Shown in pieces: positions 50,028 to 64,000 of a DNA stretch of 64,000 nucleotides. The notes under the pieces were generated by a model that made no database searches, had not been told where the DNA came from, and saw nothing but the letters and a program-made list of their open reading frames with translations. The stretch is from assembly GCA_964016885.1 (NCBI GenBank), contig OZ024740.1, positions 269,638,001 through 269,702,000 on the forward strand, given 5' to 3'. Each line of letters opens with the position of its first letter. Positions within the stretch are counted from its first letter, which is position 1. Made by a program: the position numbers and the translations under genes. Source of the stretch: Eledone cirrhosa. Lineage: Eukaryota.

Positions 50028-50742
50028 CATGCATACACACACCCAAACATACAAGCATACGCACATACATGGATGCATGCACTATAAAGCTATTTTTATG
50101 GTACAGATGTTTGGAGTCTCTCAATACGATTTCCTGGAATCGGGAGAGAATGCACACACATATATATACAGACACCATATATATACACATAAACACACAT
50201 AAACATACATAAACACACACACACACATATATATGTATTATCAGTATATCAGATAGAGTAAGCTGGAATAAGTATTGGCTTGTAACTGACAGTAAATCTA
50301 ATAGGAAACAATTACCATCACTTCAAGTGCAAGCTGGTATATTTCTTGTTCTCTTAGACCGTCGGAAGTGATACTTTGCGGTAATTAATATGGCGTTTTG
50401 TGTTCTGACGGAAAGCAATGGTATTATTGCTAAGCTGTCCTGCACATAGATTTTCTTTCTATTGGAGTACATTGGATATGGGGAGAACGATGAATTACAT
50501 ACATGATCAACTGCTTGATTATGCAACTCTGAGAGGAGCCATTTCAGCCGCAATTCCATGATTTGATAAGACATAAGGGAGTGTCGAGTATATATAAAAT
50601 TTAGGCAAAATTACGTATAAGACATAAAGAAAAATATGAAATGCTTTACTGAACAAACTCTACCCTACTAAATGTTCCAATTTTATTCATATTACATGAC
50701 AGAGCAGAGTTACCACTTGATAGATAACACAAGCTTTTATGG

Positions 50743-50960
50743 GGTGTGGATTGGAAATATCGTAGAGCGTTGGATAAAATGGTATGCAGTATTTAGTTAC
50801 GACTTTCCAGGTTCTGGGTTCAAATCCTGCCGAGGTTATATTTGGTTTTCATTCTTACGTGGTCAATGAAATAAAGTAACAGTAGCTGACTGGCGTCGAT
50901 TTAATCGACCTTTTCCTCCCCACAAAAATTGTTGGCTTTGTATCTCAATCAGAAAATATT
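50743..50960 (+). mobile_element. Older SINE copy
   Basis: gggttcaaatcctgccgagg...ataaagtaacagt. Confidence 0.75.
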
Positions 50961-51255
50961 TTTGGCACGATACTGAGATAATTTCAATCCTATTCTAGTC
51001 AATAAGACGCTATATGCCATAGTTCAGTTAGCATTAGGTGCCCTCGCAAATTAAACAGAAAGAAGAACACCATTAGTAGATTAAACTGCGTCTGATCTCC
51101 TATGAGCTATTAGTCCAATATGTCGTTAACTTAATCAGTCCATCCCTATACATATAGGTTATGCTTACAAAAATAGTTTCCGGTGTGTTCTTGGTTTTTG
51201 TATGTGTGGGTGTATTAATTTTCTAACTATATTACACACAATAATATATAAACAA

Positions 51256-51406
51256 CCGTATTTTCCGGCGTCGAAGACGCTACTTTTTTTCTCAATTGAG
51301 TCTCAAAAATCTACCATGCGTCCTGGAGGCCAAAGGTTGTTTTTTTGGTTGTCAAAATTTGGCTGCGTCCTCGAGGACGAAGCGTCTTCGGCGCCGGGAA
51401 ATAAGA
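51256..51406. mobile_element. pogo/Tc1-type MITE, about 150 bp
   Basis: Imperfect TIRs ccgtattttccggcgtcgaagacgct / agcgtcttcggcgccgggaaataaga. Confidence 0.75.
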
Positions 51407-51512
51407 TATATTTCAAGTTAGTTTCCGATAACCCCTTTTGGAGGATTGTTGTGTATGTAAGAACAATGACTAGAAATAGCACGGTTATCTCCCAGCATTT
51501 GAATTTTTATAA

Positions 51513-51718
51513 TACGAGAATCGGCTGAAAAGTTCATAGGTTGTCTATGAAAGAGTGACTGATGCTAGAGCCGTGAAAACTTACCTGCATTAATTTCAAC
51601 TCTTCTTATTAATAACTGCATTATTTCTTTCTAGGGACTATGTGGGAAAATAAACCACATTTGGTTATTCCAAGAGAGTATATTGGTCAGCCTATGACAT
51701 TTTTAGCCGTCCCTTGTA
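51513..51718. mobile_element. mariner-type MITE, about 205 bp
   Basis: TIRs tacgagaatcggctgaaaagttcataggttg / cagcctatgacatttttagccgtcccttgta with TA ends. Confidence 0.8.
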
Positions 51719-52296
51719 TATAAAAATAATGAAATCATTACGAGGAAGTCTTCTATTCATCGTGAAATAAACTAGTTCTTTCGAGGCATTGTATCTATAT
51801 GGTCTTTGAAAGCGTGTGATTTACTATCTTATCATAATTCTTTGAAGTATATCTGTGTTTACTAATTATAGTCTAAATTTTAGACTCTAAACTATCAATA
51901 CTTTGGTAAATAGCTGTATTTTTATGAGCGCAATATTCAAAAATGTTTTGATTGAGAACCTGGGGGTTAATTTCAGTAAAGGTTATAGTTTTATTTTTAT
52001 TGGTAAGCAAATCATTTCATGTAAATCATTTCGTTTTACAAATGTCTTTAAAAGAATATTGATAATTTTTTAACAATTCTTCTCTATCTTTGTAATATCT
52101 TAAAATAAATAAATCATCAAATTCAAAGCTTTGGGCATTGCAGAAAAATCAATAGGATGCATGTATATACAATTATGCATCCACAATATATATTATCATT
52201 TAATCCATCAATCATTCTATCAATCAATCGATCTCGCTCTTACACGCACTACTCTATCCCATCTATCTATCTATCTCTCCCTCCCTCTCTTTCTAT

Positions 52297-52351
<55 letters not shown>

Positions 52352-52423
52352 TATATGTATATATATATATACACATACATGTGTATATATATATGTATGT
52401 ATATATATATATATATATATATA

Positions 52424-52817
52424 TAGGAACCAGTAAGACCCCGACAGCTGAGCTCAAGCCGTTTCGACGGCTAATTCTGGACTAAATGAAAATTTATCCT
52501 GGTATTTAAATAGCCGATCTTCTCAAGGGGTAATTCCATATATGGTCAAAGTGATTGTCAAAAATCAGTAGTAATTCTGTGGTTGCAAATTAGTAGGGGA
52601 GATGGTGGCTAAACCTGCCAGTAGGAGAAAGAGGGGAGGGGGTGGAGTAGACCCAATCAAGCGTTGGTAGTGCCAGCTACAGCTGGGCATGAGGTCAAAG
52701 AAGATACAGGGGAGGGGGAGGGGGAGGAAGTCGGAACGGTAGGTAGAACAATGGGGGGTAGAAATAGGAAAGAAAAAATACTGAGAGTGAAGAAAAGCAA
52801 ATAAGTGTAAAGAAAAA
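52424..52817 (-). mobile_element. PLE 3' end with U3-A8 hammerhead (52438-52531) between TA tracts
   Basis: acccc TTGAGAA gatcggcta...tagccgtc GAAA cggc ttgagctca gctg TC ggggt; pyrimidine-rich UTR upstream. Confidence 0.8.
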
Positions 52818-53630
<813 letters not shown>

Positions 53631-54311
53631 GTGCGTGCATGTGTATGTGTGTATGTGTGTGTGTGTGATTTTCAAACAAGTTTTCCTTCAGTATGTCTGT
53701 GTTTCTAAATGTATTCACATATGCATAAGATAAGAACTATGTTATAAATTCAAAATATAAAAGAGAATATTGATAAATCAAAGCTGATATAGAAACTTAT
53801 CACATAAAACTAGATAGAGCTGCCTGGAACTAAAATAAGTTTTTAACAGACAATTATAACTTTAATACCTTACAAATTACTAATATTCCACTCCCATTCT
53901 TCATCGAACCTTAAAGTGTTCTGATGGAGTTGTAGGACTGTTGTCATGGGATACGGCGTATATTTGGCATTTAAAATCTATTGGATGTCATCCTACCCAA
54001 GTTTTGAACAGAATCGATTCTTTTTAGAGAAAATTAGAAAGAAGAAGAAACAGTAATCCAACCTCAAAACTGGATTGGTATTTGAATAAACTCAAAGAGA
54101 CGAAGGGCAATATTAACATCGATGGTATCTATATATATATATATATATTACTAAAAGTCTGATTGCTTGCTTGCTTGTCTGTAATGTAATACAGCCAAAA
54201 GGGCACATAATGGGAAAATACTTTGAAAGGAAGTTGCTCCTGAAGTGGGAATACAAATGGAATAATTTCACATTATATACATGTCTGTGTATATATTTGT
54301 TTTCCAAGATT

Positions 54312-54635
54312 GGAAAACGTGTGTTGAAATAGAGATATATTGTTATACATTGGGATGGTCGTGCTGCCTATAAAAAACTTGTCGGTTTTCACTTGAATTT
54401 ATTATAAATTTCCGGTTGGTTGGTTCGATAACCGGAGGGTTGTTTATATATTGTCAACGATCTTTCATTACACATTCTGTGACCTCCTCCGTGATTGGGT
54501 TTTTATTTTGTGTCTCTCCTTTTTTCTGTCCTACACGATCTTGTTTTTGTGAGTTGCGTACTGTGTGCTTGGTTTACGCATGCGTTACATCCGCGTGTGT
54601 GTATTTATATATATATATTTATGTGTTTATTTACT
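54312..54635 (-). mobile_element. PLE 3' end with degenerate HHR (about 54454-54495)
   Basis: tca CGGAGGA g gtcaca gaa tgtgtaat GAAA gatc gt tga; homologous to 43585-43765. Confidence 0.6.
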
Positions 54636-54637
54636 TG

Positions 54638-55147
54638 TCACTAGTTTGTTTGTTCATCCCTAAAAATAACGCCCTCCGACACTTTGTGGGCCGACACCTT
54701 ACATCCTAGCACTTGCACTTTTCTTCGTCTCGCTGACCTTGTTCTCACTCTTAACGGGATTTCCTTTTCAGGAGAGGTTTACCAGCATGTCTCTTGGGTA
54801 TCCATGTGAACCAGAATGGGCCCGAATTATGCCAACTTGTTCGTTCACTACATCGAGGCCTAGATCATCTCCCAGTACACTGTACCTACCCATGAGCTAT
54901 ACTGTCGTTATATCGACGACTGTATCGACATCACCTCTCTCTCTTTCTCTCTCGAGACCACCCCGACTGGATACGTGTGCGTTTTATTCTCCCCCCCCCC
55001 CCATTTCTCACTCTTTATCTTTCTATTTATCTTCTCTTTTTAACTCTATCTACCGACGAAGAACTAGTGTCCGAAATATTGGAACGCTTTTCCTATTATT
55101 TCAATGTAACGTGTCGTTTGCTTGCTGTATTATACACCACACGTATA

Positions 55148-55150
<3 letters not shown>
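54638..55150 (+). mobile_element. Penelope-like element (Neptune-type) RT core fragment joined to a 3' end with degenerate HHR
   Basis: ALRHF...TFLRLADLVLTLNGISF...VSM*TRMGPNYANLFVHYIE...LYCRYIDDCI; CCGACGA...GAAA at 55053-55076; ends at (TA)n. Confidence 0.85.
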
Positions 55151-55226
<76 letters not shown>

Positions 55227-55934
55227 AACATGTGTTTAAGAGATATTTCTTTCATCGTACAGAAATATAGATATATTTTCTAAACACATTTCCAAGAGAA
55301 GCGCATAGTTTGAAATATGTTTGTTCCTGTAAAAGTTGGAGCGAATTAGCCATTATCCGAAAGAGAGTTTCAATGAATCATCCTTTTATTCAAGTTTACA
55401 TATAAGCGCACGTGGAGCAATTAAATAAAAGCAGGTTAAATTGCGTTCAAAGCGTATTCAAGTAACGTCAAACATGTACGACGTCTGTTCATATTAATTC
55501 ATGCGTTATGTGTTCTTGTTTGGAAGTTTATGAGAAAGAATTTGACATCTGACATTATTGTCCGATGTGTGCTTCCTTAGGGATTTTGAATAAAGAGACA
55601 GGTGGTACAACTGACACTCACATAGAAACGAATAATGACAGAATTTAACTATCTGGGTTGATAATGAGAAGTGGACCTTACATCTGCAAATGCTCTTGAT
55701 GATACGCTTATATTATACTAGAAATCCTAGAAGTTCTTTACAACCAAATATCATCCAATTACTCATTCATATTCTTATTGATCAACGAACGTCAGCAAAC
55801 ACGTACACATACAAGATGAAGAACTCATTATCCTCTAATGAAAACATTATTGAGACGACCAAAGAATATATTAGCAAAGCATTGACTGCCAGTTATCAAA
55901 TAAAGCTATAAACAACCCTAAAACTAGTATGATG

Positions 55935-56575
55935 ATAATTGTTTTTCCGTAATTCATTATGGTCTCCGATAGAAGCACAATGTCAGCAATTTAAATGGAA
56001 GGGGACAGTAGATTAAATCAAATCCAGTATGTTGCTGGTACTTTATATTATCAATCCCGTAAGGATGGAAAGCAAAGCTTACCTCAACATAACGATAAGC
56101 TACAAAAACATTGTTGTCCGACGATCTACCAATACTGATCACTGATATTCCACCACCTTTTTGGTACAAATAATTGTTTCTACTTTAGGCACAAGGCCAG
56201 CAATTACCCAGTGCATTACTGGTACTTTATTTTATCGACCCCGTAAGGATGAAAGGCAAAGTCAACCTCGGCGGGATTTGAACTCAGATCGTAAAGGGAC
56301 GTAACTATGCTGGAAAGCATGGCGTCCGACCCTCTACCGATACTGCCAATCCACCGCCTTTTTGGTACAAATAATGGTTTCTTATATAGGCACAAGCCCA
56401 GCAATTTGGTGGGAGGGGAAAATCGATCAAATCGACCCCCAGTGCGTGACTGGTACTTTATTTTATCGACCCCGTAAGGATGAAATACAATGTTAACCTC
56501 GGCGGAATTTGAATTTATAAAGTAAAGGGCCATAACTCTATGCAGCTAAGCATGGTGGCTGACGCTCTACCGATC
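55935..56575 (-). mobile_element. Three tandem SINEs (old, young, old)
   Basis: 55935-56158, 56170-56358, 56370-56575; duplication ttttggtacaaataat around the middle copy. Confidence 0.9.
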
Positions 56576-56986
56576 CAAATGGTATAATATATGTGTCAAA
56601 ACCAGTACTGCCAAACATTTTCTCCTTCTAAGATTTTGAATAATATGTAAATATATATGTGCGTTTGTGTATTTGTGCGTATATGCGTGTGTGTATGTGT
56701 TCATTAGTGCGTGTCAGCTCTTCAGTAAGATTTAGCCATCAGGACTATTGTTCAACGAGAACTCCACCTTCAGATATTCAATGTTGTTGTTTACATTCCT
56801 GGCCGACAGATAAGCGTTCTACAAAAGCCGGAGGGAAGGATCAGAGGGGATTTGAGCCATACGGTAGATGCAGGTATCGATTACTCTAGTAGGACCTGTA
56901 CAGTGTTTTCCGCTCCCATGTGTTATCCGAATTATTAAACTGTTGTATAGAGAACATGCCTTGTAGCCACTTTACAAAGCGCAAAT

Positions 56987-57057
<71 letters not shown>

Positions 57058-57062
57058 AATAA

Positions 57063-57098
<36 letters not shown>

Positions 57099-57100
57099 AT

Positions 57101-57215
57101 AAGAGCTTCTACAGGACTAGAGCTGTTTCATTCGTGAGTAATCCAACAGTTCTAGTCCTGTAGAAGCTCTTCTATATTTAATAATTTATACTTTGCAATG
57201 TATTAAGTACCTTAC
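57101..57215. mobile_element. Third fold-back copy of the 6104/6715 HHR family
   Basis: aagagcttctacaggactagagctgtt / aacagttctagtcctgtagaagctctt, followed by tattaagtaccttac. Confidence 0.75.
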
Positions 57216-57243
57216 TTACTGTGGTTACCTCCGATTCAAACCG

Positions 57244-57279
<36 letters not shown>

Positions 57280-58003
57280 TATGTATTTGTTTATAAAGTG
57301 TCAATATTTAAGCGAGTAGACCTACTTCTTTTAATATATATATTAATCTTTTTTAATCTATCCTTTCTAAGATACACCGAAACGAAGCAAATCCTTGTTT
57401 TCGTTGCAGCTTCGCTCACCTTTCGGTTAAAGCATGTTTATATAAAAAAAAAATAACACGAACAAAATCTCCAGCAAATAATTAATCTAAATATTGTATT
57501 CGTTTCTTCTTAACAGATCTGGGTTACACATTTTGTGGGGAAAATCGTCTGCATTTAAAACCAATCAATGCAATACAAGATTCGTATCTGTACTTTCTAA
57601 TTTATCACGCATCCAAAGACGAGTAAATTTCATACAATTTACTTATTGATTGCTGCAGCTCTCTGTCCAGTACCTGCCAAGAAACTATGTTCGGAATATT
57701 TCTAATCTATTTGCGACCTCGAAACATGATTTATATTAATTTCTTACATATTACTGCTGCATCTTTCATTATTAGATGAAATATTTTTTCTTTCATTTCC
57801 TTTCACATTCAAACGTTGCAGGATACTAGTTTTAACAGAAAATATATTTACTTTCATGGCTACTTATTACCATATCCATGAAAATGCAAACACATATGCT
57901 GACACATGTCTTTTTATGTATATATATATATTTATGCAAGCATGTATGCAAGTATGTATGCATGCATGTATTTATGTATGCATGTCTGTAAATATGTACA
58001 CAC

Positions 58004-58059
<56 letters not shown>

Positions 58060-58190
58060 ATACATGTATTTTTGTGGATATCCACATATGTGCGCGTATA
58101 CATACGAGTCCGTGTCGATTTACATATATATGTATGTAATATGTGTGTGTCTGTCATGTGTACAAATGTGCCTGTATGTATGTGTATTTG

Positions 58191-58273
<83 letters not shown>

Positions 58274-59599
58274 ATGTATATATATACGTGTGAGTGTAGG
58301 TGTATGAGTTTGCGTGCGCGTGTGTATGGTTTGTGACGGGCTGTTTTGTCACTCGGCGCGGTTCTTGAGAGGTTCGATTAAGGACGGCTCGACTATGGCC
58401 ATATCTCTATAATTTATACCAAATAAGCAAAGCTTCTCAATACCTCTATTCAGCTAACCACAAAAGGCGGACGCTTAGAAACAAGAGTTGGCTTTACATC
58501 GACCACATGCTGCAGTTGGTTGTTTCTATTGAGCACTTGGAAGCATTACAGATAACAAAAAAAGTAGCTTTCGATTGCATCTCGTTCAAAATATAGGCAG
58601 TGGATAGCCGTGTCACACAAGCAATGATCACAACTGTTCAACGCTGTTGATGTTACCCTCAGCGAGTGCTTGGTTGCCAGGACACACATGTATTGGGTAT
58701 AGGTAAATGATGTACACCTTGACCTCTAGAACCTGCCCCTTTCAAAAGAAGCTAATACCTCGCTGAAAAATCGCGGACACCTGCTTAAAATCGGATAGTG
58801 CCTGCCTTTGCATGTCCCCTAAAGCCTGTTGCCTTGTTTTGCACTAAAAGTGCAAAAACAGAAAACGAATATTTAGGAACGGGAAACATATGTCCTATTT
58901 ATATTATACGCATACACTCGACCTTTATAAACGAAACTCTGAAAATAGTTTAGTGTAGAATTTGGAAGCTATATAATCTTCATCTAAAAGTAACTTTGGT
59001 TACGAAGAAATTAGCTAATTTAAGAAGATTCAATCTCATAACGAAAAATATATCAGACTTAAAATAGAACACTTCAAATAAAGGTTACATACTGAAACAC
59101 ATATAAGGAATAAAATAAAAAGTAAATAATAGTAAGCCACGCAGGTTGATCTAACAGGTGCGAAACAAACAAAATATATAACAAAACTATGAAACCAAAC
59201 CCTTACACACCTACAAACACTAAGCTACAAAAATAGAACCAAAACAATACAAAAAAAAATATGGATAAATAGGAAAATGGTAATGATTAAAGAATACAAA
59301 ATTTTAAAGCTATGAATATGATAATAATTTACAGATGGAAATATAAAAGTATAATTGTGGTTTGTAAAAGTCAAAATTTTATTGATTAAAGCAGCCATAA
59401 AAAAAAAAACAAATAAAAACATAACTAACTTTCACATGAAAACAGACGCGAAAATCAACATTTCTAAGTAAATGAAATAATACATATATCAACCACGGTA
59501 ATTAGAAAAGAAAGTGGGTATTCCTTCAGATACACTAATAATAAAAAAAAAAAATGTAAGTAAACACAGAATAATATAGAACATTAAATAAGATATTTC

Positions 59600-61620
59600 T
59601 TCATCCAAAATAAAATGAACAATAAAAAACGACAATTAAATGAATCGGATAAAACAAATAGTCCAATGTTTCATCAAAATAGATGTTCCCGAAATCAAAT
59701 CAGTGAACTCCGTATACGAGAAAGCTTTGTTCATTCTTAAAGAACCGTCGTTATGAAAACGAGTTTTTGAACATAACAAATGTTTCGTCAGCAACCGAAG
59801 TGAAAACTAATTATCAAGAAGTAGGTAAAAATAAAATAAACATCAATGCATGACTAACTAAATAAAGGTATAATCTAGGAACGAGTAAAGATAGTAAAGG
59901 AATCAGTATGGGCGAGATTGCTCAAAACAACAAACGGCATTTCAGCAATCGTCGGATGACATATCACTGAATAGAGATGCTGGAATGCCTATATGGCTCT
60001 AAAGGTTAACTCTCTATTATGTCATAACCGTAGATTGTAAAAGAGTCATTGCATAGATAAATTGAACACTAAAGGTTTCTCGGCACTCTTCTCCATAAGC
60101 GGTTCCTTAAAATACTTGCCATAAGTAAGGAAGCAAAATAATAAGAAAGTGCTTGAAACATGTAATCAATAAATGTCAAACAATTCTACAGATACAAACA
60201 ATGGTTCTGTAAAACAACTGTCTTCATTTCTATTAGATGAAGTAAATACCACGTGTACTTCCATTTTCTATCGCTTTTATGCTTGCCTTAACATTTTTAC
60301 CAAACATGTCAATCTAATACAATAACTCTGAAAGGGCAACCACCCATCTGTTGTATATAGATGATATCAAGTTCTATGATGCAGATCAGAAACGACTAGT
60401 AACCCCCAGGGCATGAAATTACTACGGGAATACATATGAGATCTCACTACAAAAGCTGCGCCAAGATAAACAAAAGGAGATGAAAGTTAACTAAGAACAT
60501 ATATGTCATGTTAAATAAGAAAACATAGATAACGAATTTATCCAAACACACTCTTTAAAATACATAGGAATTAATGTACTACAGAGAGTACAACATGCTC
60601 AAAAGAAAGAAGCTGCAGCTATGAGAGAGGATTATGAAAAAAAACTCGTCAGATTAATGCTTCAAACAGAGTTATATGCAGAAAAAAAGATAGTTAATAC
60701 TATAACTGTCACCGTAAAATGTTATATTCTCATTTCAATGCTAAATGAATTTAAAAAAACTGCCCGACAAGATAGAAGAAACATGGTTTCTTCAACTATA
60801 AAAGTATACGATTCTGTAACAGGGAGAAACTAATAGAAATAGCTAAAATTACAAAGAAAACAATTATTTTTAAAGTAGTCAAGAAATAAATAGTAGAAAC
60901 AGAAATGACAGACTGTTGTGATGAGAAATAATTAACAGAAAGTGGGAGAAGCTAAAAGCGAATTAATATCAAAGGTCTCAGAATGATGTACTAAAACGTT
61001 AACAAGAACGTTTCTATTGCTCCAACAGCCACAACAAATATAGGGTAGGCAATATCAGTACCTGCTGAAAATCGCAAAATTCAAAGCTGAAATAGAACAT
61101 TTTTATTGAGGCAATCAATCAAATTCTTTCCACTAGAAACCAGTAATAGCTTGTAACTGGTTGTTGGGAAAAAAAGGCACCTTTTAGCCAAAAGAGAACA
61201 TATAGGCAGCAATACCCGTTCATTGAAAATCAAGCCATCAAAATAAATATTGGCAGAAAATAAGTAATATTAACATACACTAAAAAAATCTGAGGACAAA
61301 TCGATCAGTCTTCGGTATGACAGTCCATTGAAGCAACAGTATATTGTTGGACAACAAGTAAATGTAACTCGTAACTGAAATATCAATTCTGACAGACAAT
61401 AATGAATCTGTAGAAGAAATGGTTATATTATCCAAATATAGAAACCTGGAAATAGAGATGATTAAAATGCGAGGATAGATCATAAGAATATTCCATCTAA
61501 ATAATAGATTCCTTGGGAATAAAAAAAGAACCTGTAGATAACATATAACCAAATCCCTAGAGCATTCCGAACAAAGACAATAACACCACTTTGTAGTGCA
61601 TAGATACTACATTGAGTAGT
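59600..61620 (+). pseudogene. Decayed R4/Dong-type LINE ORF
   Basis: THLLYIDDIKFY at about 60340-60378, KYIGI near 60560, SKYRNLEIEMIKM near 61430; many stops; boundaries uncertain. Confidence 0.7.
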
Positions 61621-61699
61621 TTCAATTCGATAGAAAAACATAAAGTTATAATAGCGTACGTAAATAAACATAAAATTAATATAGCGTACTCAATAGAAT

Positions 61700-62117
61700 A
61701 ATAATTTGTAACCTTGGTACAAGACCAGAAATTTGTGGGAAGAGAAAGTCGATTTTATATCGACTCCAGTACTTTATTGGTAATTTGTTTTAACGACTTT
61801 GAAATGATGAAATGCACCGAAAACGTCGGCGGGATTTGAAATCAGAACATAAGTGATGATCGTAACTAAATGCCGTAAAGTGTTTTGTCCGTCTCTCTAA
61901 CGAATCGGTCAATCAACCGCTCTAACTCTAATAAGAATAATTGTTTCTACTATTGGCATAAGGTCAGAAATTACCCAGTACATTACTGGTACTTTATTTT
62001 ATCCACCCCGTAAGGATGAAAGGCAAAGTTAACCTCGGCGGGATTTGAACTCAGAATGGCAAGCGCCGTAACTCTATGCGTCAAAGCATGGCGTCCGACC
62101 CTCTACCGATACTGCCA
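61700..62117 (-). mobile_element. Older SINE (61700-61922) plus young SINE (61936-62117)
   Basis: Family match. Confidence 0.88.
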
Positions 62118-62429
62118 TGATTTCTTATTTAGCCACAAGGCCGGAACATTTTTCAAAATCATCGCAAATTCTCAGAAGATGAAAGGAAGAAATACTTTTG
62201 GTAGAGGTGTAGCGTTATGGATGTGCCATCAAGAATGGCGGAACCTATGAAAGAAGGGCTGTTATTTGAATATATAACTAGTAGTTATAACTAGTAGTTA
62301 TAACCTGTTGAAACAGCTCAATGAATGAATGAGATTAAGGGAAATTTTGTGCTGATTAGACAGTTTTAACTACCTGACAGGTATCGAAAGAAAATGAACA
62401 AAAAGGTTCCAAGCAGTAAAAAAATTGTT

Positions 62430-62520
62430 CAAATATTAAGATGGAATGGCTCTTCCAGCGCATCTCCCTTACCATCCTCCGGGGAAACGCCGTCTCTATT
62501 CTGTCCGCAGGGGCTGTTGG
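62430..62520 (+). pseudogene. CRE-clade non-LTR retrotransposon C-terminal fragment
   Basis: WLFQRISLTILRGNAVSIL matches the QR(L/I)SxxxxRGNAxxI C-terminal motif. Confidence 0.65.
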
Positions 62521-62699
62521 GCAGCCAGCACGTAGGACCCTATTTGCTCACAATACAGAGATATGGGAAGGCGAGAGAGATGGAGGCAATGACAGTCAGT
62601 GTTCGGCTCTTCCTTGTTCGGACACATTGCACCTGTCATGTAGATCATGTGATATTTCTTTTTACTTGTCACCCATTCACTCACCCACTACAGACATTC

Positions 62700-62759
62700 T
62701 TTGTCGTCATAAATCCGAGTAAATCTCGAATCAAAACAAAGGAAACGAAGGGTAACAAT

Positions 62760-62795
<36 letters not shown>

Positions 62796-63837
62796 GCAAC
62801 AACAACGCATCATCAATGATAGTGAAATGAAAATGCTTGTAAACGAAACAAAATCCGGCAACACCACTGCGTCCAAAAACAAATTGGAGTGTGCCACCAC
62901 AAACAAAATGACAACAACAACAATAACAACAGCAACAACACTAATAACAACAGCAACAGCAACAGCAGCAGCATAATAATAACAACGACAAAAAAACAGC
63001 AACAGTAACAACAACAGCACCTGCAGCAACAGCTGCGAAAACTGTGTAATTGTACCAGATAGACATTACAAGGAAGAATGTTTGATTCAGGCTGCCAAAC
63101 TTTTGACAAAACCTCGTCCACCATATGTGTTCTGTCTGAGGTGTTGGCAGCAACAAAGAAAACGACTCAGCTATAGATGTATTGGCATTAAGTTCAAAAA
63201 GCCGGAACTGACACCAAAATCCCGGGTGGAAGCAGCTATGAAAGGCTTAATGCCGGATCCAATGCATGGCAAGGACCAAGCAGTGTGGTTTATCAGTCGT
63301 GCAAAGCGGTCAGTGAAAATTCCACACTAGAGTTCTATAGCGGACTAGAGGTGGGCAAGTACGACTTTCTCGGAGAGGCTCTAGGCCACGATGAAATTGA
63401 ACTAACCAGTCTGTTTCAGAGAGCTTTCGAGCTGGGGATTATAGAAACATTCCAGAAATCCCTGGCTTGCTAATGTGACCGGGAGGCACTGCCGGTTCGA
63501 GATAACCTTTTCAAGTTCGACCTTGAAAGGATGATCAGGATGGAGAAGGAAGTGCTTCCCCCTCTCCAGTACATTTGTTAAAAGGTTGATGAATGTAGCA
63601 AGGATGACTCGTGGGAATATGCCTACTCTGACCATGCGTCTGTAAGCTGAATAAATTGGAGAGGAGGGTGATTTATTGGTGTTCCTGACTCACCCCTTGG
63701 GGATACTCCACCTATTGAGAAATTCTGCTGTTATATAATTTATTGTTATAATTTATTTACTGGATTTTTTAAAACCCTCATGTCCTTGTCTTTTGTATTG
63801 TCCCCTATATGTAGGCCCTTGTGGCCAATAAAGAACA

Positions 63838-63880
<43 letters not shown>
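62700..63880 (+). mobile_element. L1/Tx1-type element with large internal deletions (ORF1 part, ORF2 C-terminal parts, 3' UTR, (TTA)n tail)
   Basis: ORF1-like AAKLLTKPRPPYVF...KKPELTPKSRVEAAMK; ORF2-like FYSGLEVG...FQKSLAC*C.REALPVRDNL joined directly to FKFDLERMIRME...FVKRLMNVARM; gtggccaataaagaa then tail. Confidence 0.75.
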
Positions 63881-63883
<3 letters not shown>

Positions 63884-64000
63884 GTTGCATTTATCTTGCT
63901 TTATGTTCATACGAGTTATCACCAAGTCACAACCAGTGACCTCAAGAGACAACAAGGTCCGCCATGTTCAAGAAAGAACATACATACTCACACATGCATC

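Noticed and set aside
56720-56960. GC-richer island that could be an exon or PLE RT fragment (NRYLH...GSNP on minus strand)
   Set aside because: In-frame stop and too little similarity to call; a translated search is needed.

Overview
AT-rich animal genomic DNA, almost certainly from an octopus-type cephalopod (inferred from the dominant tRNA-derived SINE family, the RTE/R4/Tx1 LINE types and the density of (TA)n, (CA)n and (CATA)n tracts). I found no host-gene exon; the window reads as intronic or intergenic and is built from transposon fragments and microsatellites. Most ORFs in the supplied track are microsatellite artefacts. Real coding remnants: a 5'-truncated RTE LINE with a PHD-type finger inside its RT (14831-16839), an RTE fragment with a 5' inversion, R4/Dong-type endonuclease ends, two L1/Tx1-type elements, a CRE C-terminus and several Penelope-like element (PLE) fragments. 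The main signal not visible in the ORF track is catalytic RNA. About 20 type I hammerhead ribozyme (HHR) motifs or part-motifs from roughly ten sequence families sit next to (TA)n tracts, often in inverted repeats. They include U3-A8 core variants, very long stem II insertions and two non-coding, terminally redundant retrozyme-like units (425 nt and 540 nt). A separate repeated non-autonomous RTE derivative starts with a candidate HDV-like ribozyme. PLE-associated HHRs and animal retrozymes are known classes; whether these particular families are undescribed cannot be judged without database searches. All folds were assigned by eye and boundaries are approximate to a few bases.
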